Of a stretch of DNA of 64,000 nucleotides, positions 61,723-64,000 are shown in pieces. Every line of letters starts with the position of its first letter. Position 1 is the stretch's first letter. The position numbers were made by a program, and so were the translations under genes. The stretch is from Laetmonice hystrix (Eukaryota): positions 34,908,001 through 34,972,000 of the forward strand of contig OZ249440.1 in NCBI GenBank assembly GCA_965235115.1, written 5' to 3'. Under the pieces are notes generated by a model. That model searched no databases, was not told the DNA's origin, and was given only the letters and a program-made list of their open reading frames with translations.

Positions 61723-63170
61723 TGATGGCGACTGCGAAGTATAGAGTTGACTTTATGGCGATGGAACGCCTAAAAATCGTCCGCAGGAGAGGATACTGCA
61801 GTGCATAGATGTGTAACACTCTACATAATATCTTACATACTTGTATTACATATTGTTCGACTATATATTCTTAGTATTAGGCCTACATGACACCTTTTCA
61901 TATTTCATCAGTTATTTCCAGTGTAAGAATAATAACAAGTGTGCATCACAATTAACATTATATACGACATTAATATTAGCGATAACTACAAGTTAATGTT
62001 ATTTTTGAAATTATATACCTCAGTAACTCAATATACCTGTCGTACATACCTCTCATCTTAGGTCGATGGATTTCACATCATGGAATGATATGTGTAGAGG
62101 ATCTCAGTATCAAGATATTTCAATTAGTGTCAATTAGTAAGGTGTTTTTTTTTCTATAGCGACGGATCGCTAACCAAAAAATGTCAGTCCGTTACCATGG
62201 TTTTTATAAAATTCAGTTCAAAAAATGAAACTGACTATTATATTTAGATTTGGCAGAAGATAGAACCGAAGAATATCAGGTGTGTCAGATTTCCCTGAAT
62301 CATTTTAATCAAAGCATAAAAGAAATACATCCAAACGGTAACGGACAGACAATGGTGCTACACCTATTTTTAATCGACCACTGTGGGGAACTTTTGAGAG
62401 AACGACTGTTTCATCCTTCATATGCCAGTAAAACAAACCTAAAACAATAATAATATGTCTGTCCCATTTATCCAGGCACCAAAGAATTAGAAAATATGAC
62501 CAGGATACTATGATGAGCAAAAAGTGGAAAAAACAATCTTTCGTAGAAAGGGGTTAATTTCTTGAGGAAAACCACAGAACCAAGTCATTCTCTGAATAAA
62601 TTACCCGCATTCATAGGTACCACATAATTTCCTTCAAAAAGATAACATATTTTAATAATGCCCTCTATGGGAATATACGTTGAGATGCACGGCTGTGCAC
62701 CCGTGCAAATAAAAACCGATATTGCACAGATTTTACGGACTACTTAGGAAATTGCAAAGTCACAAACGGTGTCCATCTCCGGCGATGACAGCTCTTGAAT
62801 TAAGCAAGGAAAGAACTTTCTAAGTCTGTGACATTGTTTGGTTCAATATTTTATCCCCTTACTTCACGTTTCAAAGTCTTTCCTTGTGTATTTTAGGAGT
62901 TAGGGGCGTTTGAACTGCCGAAGTGAAGCACTGTCCGCCATTATGTTTAGGACCCGTTATGCTCACATCCCATTTTGACTCATTGTGACGTAGCATTATG
63001 ATCACATTCCATTGTGACGCATTGTGACGTAGCGTAATTGTGCATCGTTCATGACGCACACTATAATACAATAGTTCCAAGGTAGTTTAGTTGTGAATTG
63101 CCAGTGTTCCTTTCTACCTTCACATACAGTAGTACATCATGTAAGATAATTTATACAAAGTACAGAAAGA

Positions 63171-63848
63171 GAGAGTAGTGGTGGTTTTGCGCCGTGTCGG
63201 CATCCGGGGCCATCTTCACAGCGAAAACAGAGTTATAAGACCATAAAACTAAAGGAACCTATTTTATCCCGGGTCCCAACGGGAACACCACCAAAACACA
63301 TCTATAAAAGAGTCAGAAGTCCAGCCTCTGACAAGAACTCTAAAATCACTCCTGGTCTGACATTGCTAAAAAGATCCTTAAGACTCGTCTCATTATAAAA
63401 CCTTTGTCTGATGAGAGTAAAATCACCACATTCGAGTAAAAGATGCTTCAGTGTCAAAGGACATTGACAGCCATAACATTCTGGAGGTGGCTCCTCCTTC
63501 AATAAAAACACATGAGTTAATCTAGAATGACCAACTCTGCATCGAGTAAAAACAATTTCATGCCTCCGTTGGGTTAGGCCATGATGATACCTTTGGTTTA
63601 CGATGGGACTGATCTGATACAATTTATTGTTTGGTTGTTCGTCCCATTCGGCCTGCCATCTGTTCTTAACGTAAGCCCAGATGGTAGGTCTAAGATCAGA
63701 GGCTGGGATTGGACACAGTTCGACGTCCGTTTCAAGAGCCCTCTTGGCAGTTCTGTCTGCTTGCTCATTGCCCGGGATGCCAACATGACCAGGCACCCAG
63801 CAAAAGTGAATATCAAAGTTTGCATTGGCAAGCACTGCCAACTTGGAC
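63171..63848 (-). mobile_element. 5'-truncated LINE (RNase H end, UTR B)
   Basis: Open ORF 63302-63850. 13-bp TSD AAGTACAGAAAGA at 63158-63170 and 63849-63861. Confidence 0.93.
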
Positions 63849-64000
63849 AAGTACAGAAAGACTTATATTTCACATAATTGGTTCAAAATTTATATCCTAG
63901 TAACGGTTGTTAGGGATATTTACATGTTCTAATTAAATGTGTATCACTACACTAACAGGGCCTGAGGACGAGCTTGCAAGCATAAGAATGGGTTGACAAG

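Overview
Eukaryotic (invertebrate metazoan) repeat-dense window with no clearly intact host gene; almost all of it is nested mobile DNA. (1) At least ten copies or fragments of one RNase H-bearing I/Nimb-type LINE family with a (TCAC)n tail. (2) A decayed Polinton/Maverick-like endogenous virus on the minus strand at about 2.5-6.4 kb. It holds a spliced PC4-like gene, an A32-type packaging ATPase, two conserved Polinton ORFs, the start of the integrase and, once two LINE insertions and a 37-bp duplication are removed, a complete 172-aa TATA-binding-protein (TBP) homologue that the ORF track does not show whole. This is the most interesting observation. (3) A 15.5-kb block made of two Helentron/HINE-like elements, one nested in the other's microsatellite, carrying a 258-bp satellite organised as a 5-mer higher-order repeat. 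(4) Relics of MULE, Kolobok-like, Sola-like, CMC-like, Gypsy, CR1-group and Crypton-like tyrosine-recombinase elements, several MITEs with clear TIRs and TSDs, and a tandem tRNA-derived repeat. Family assignments rest on motif recognition by eye; no searches were run.
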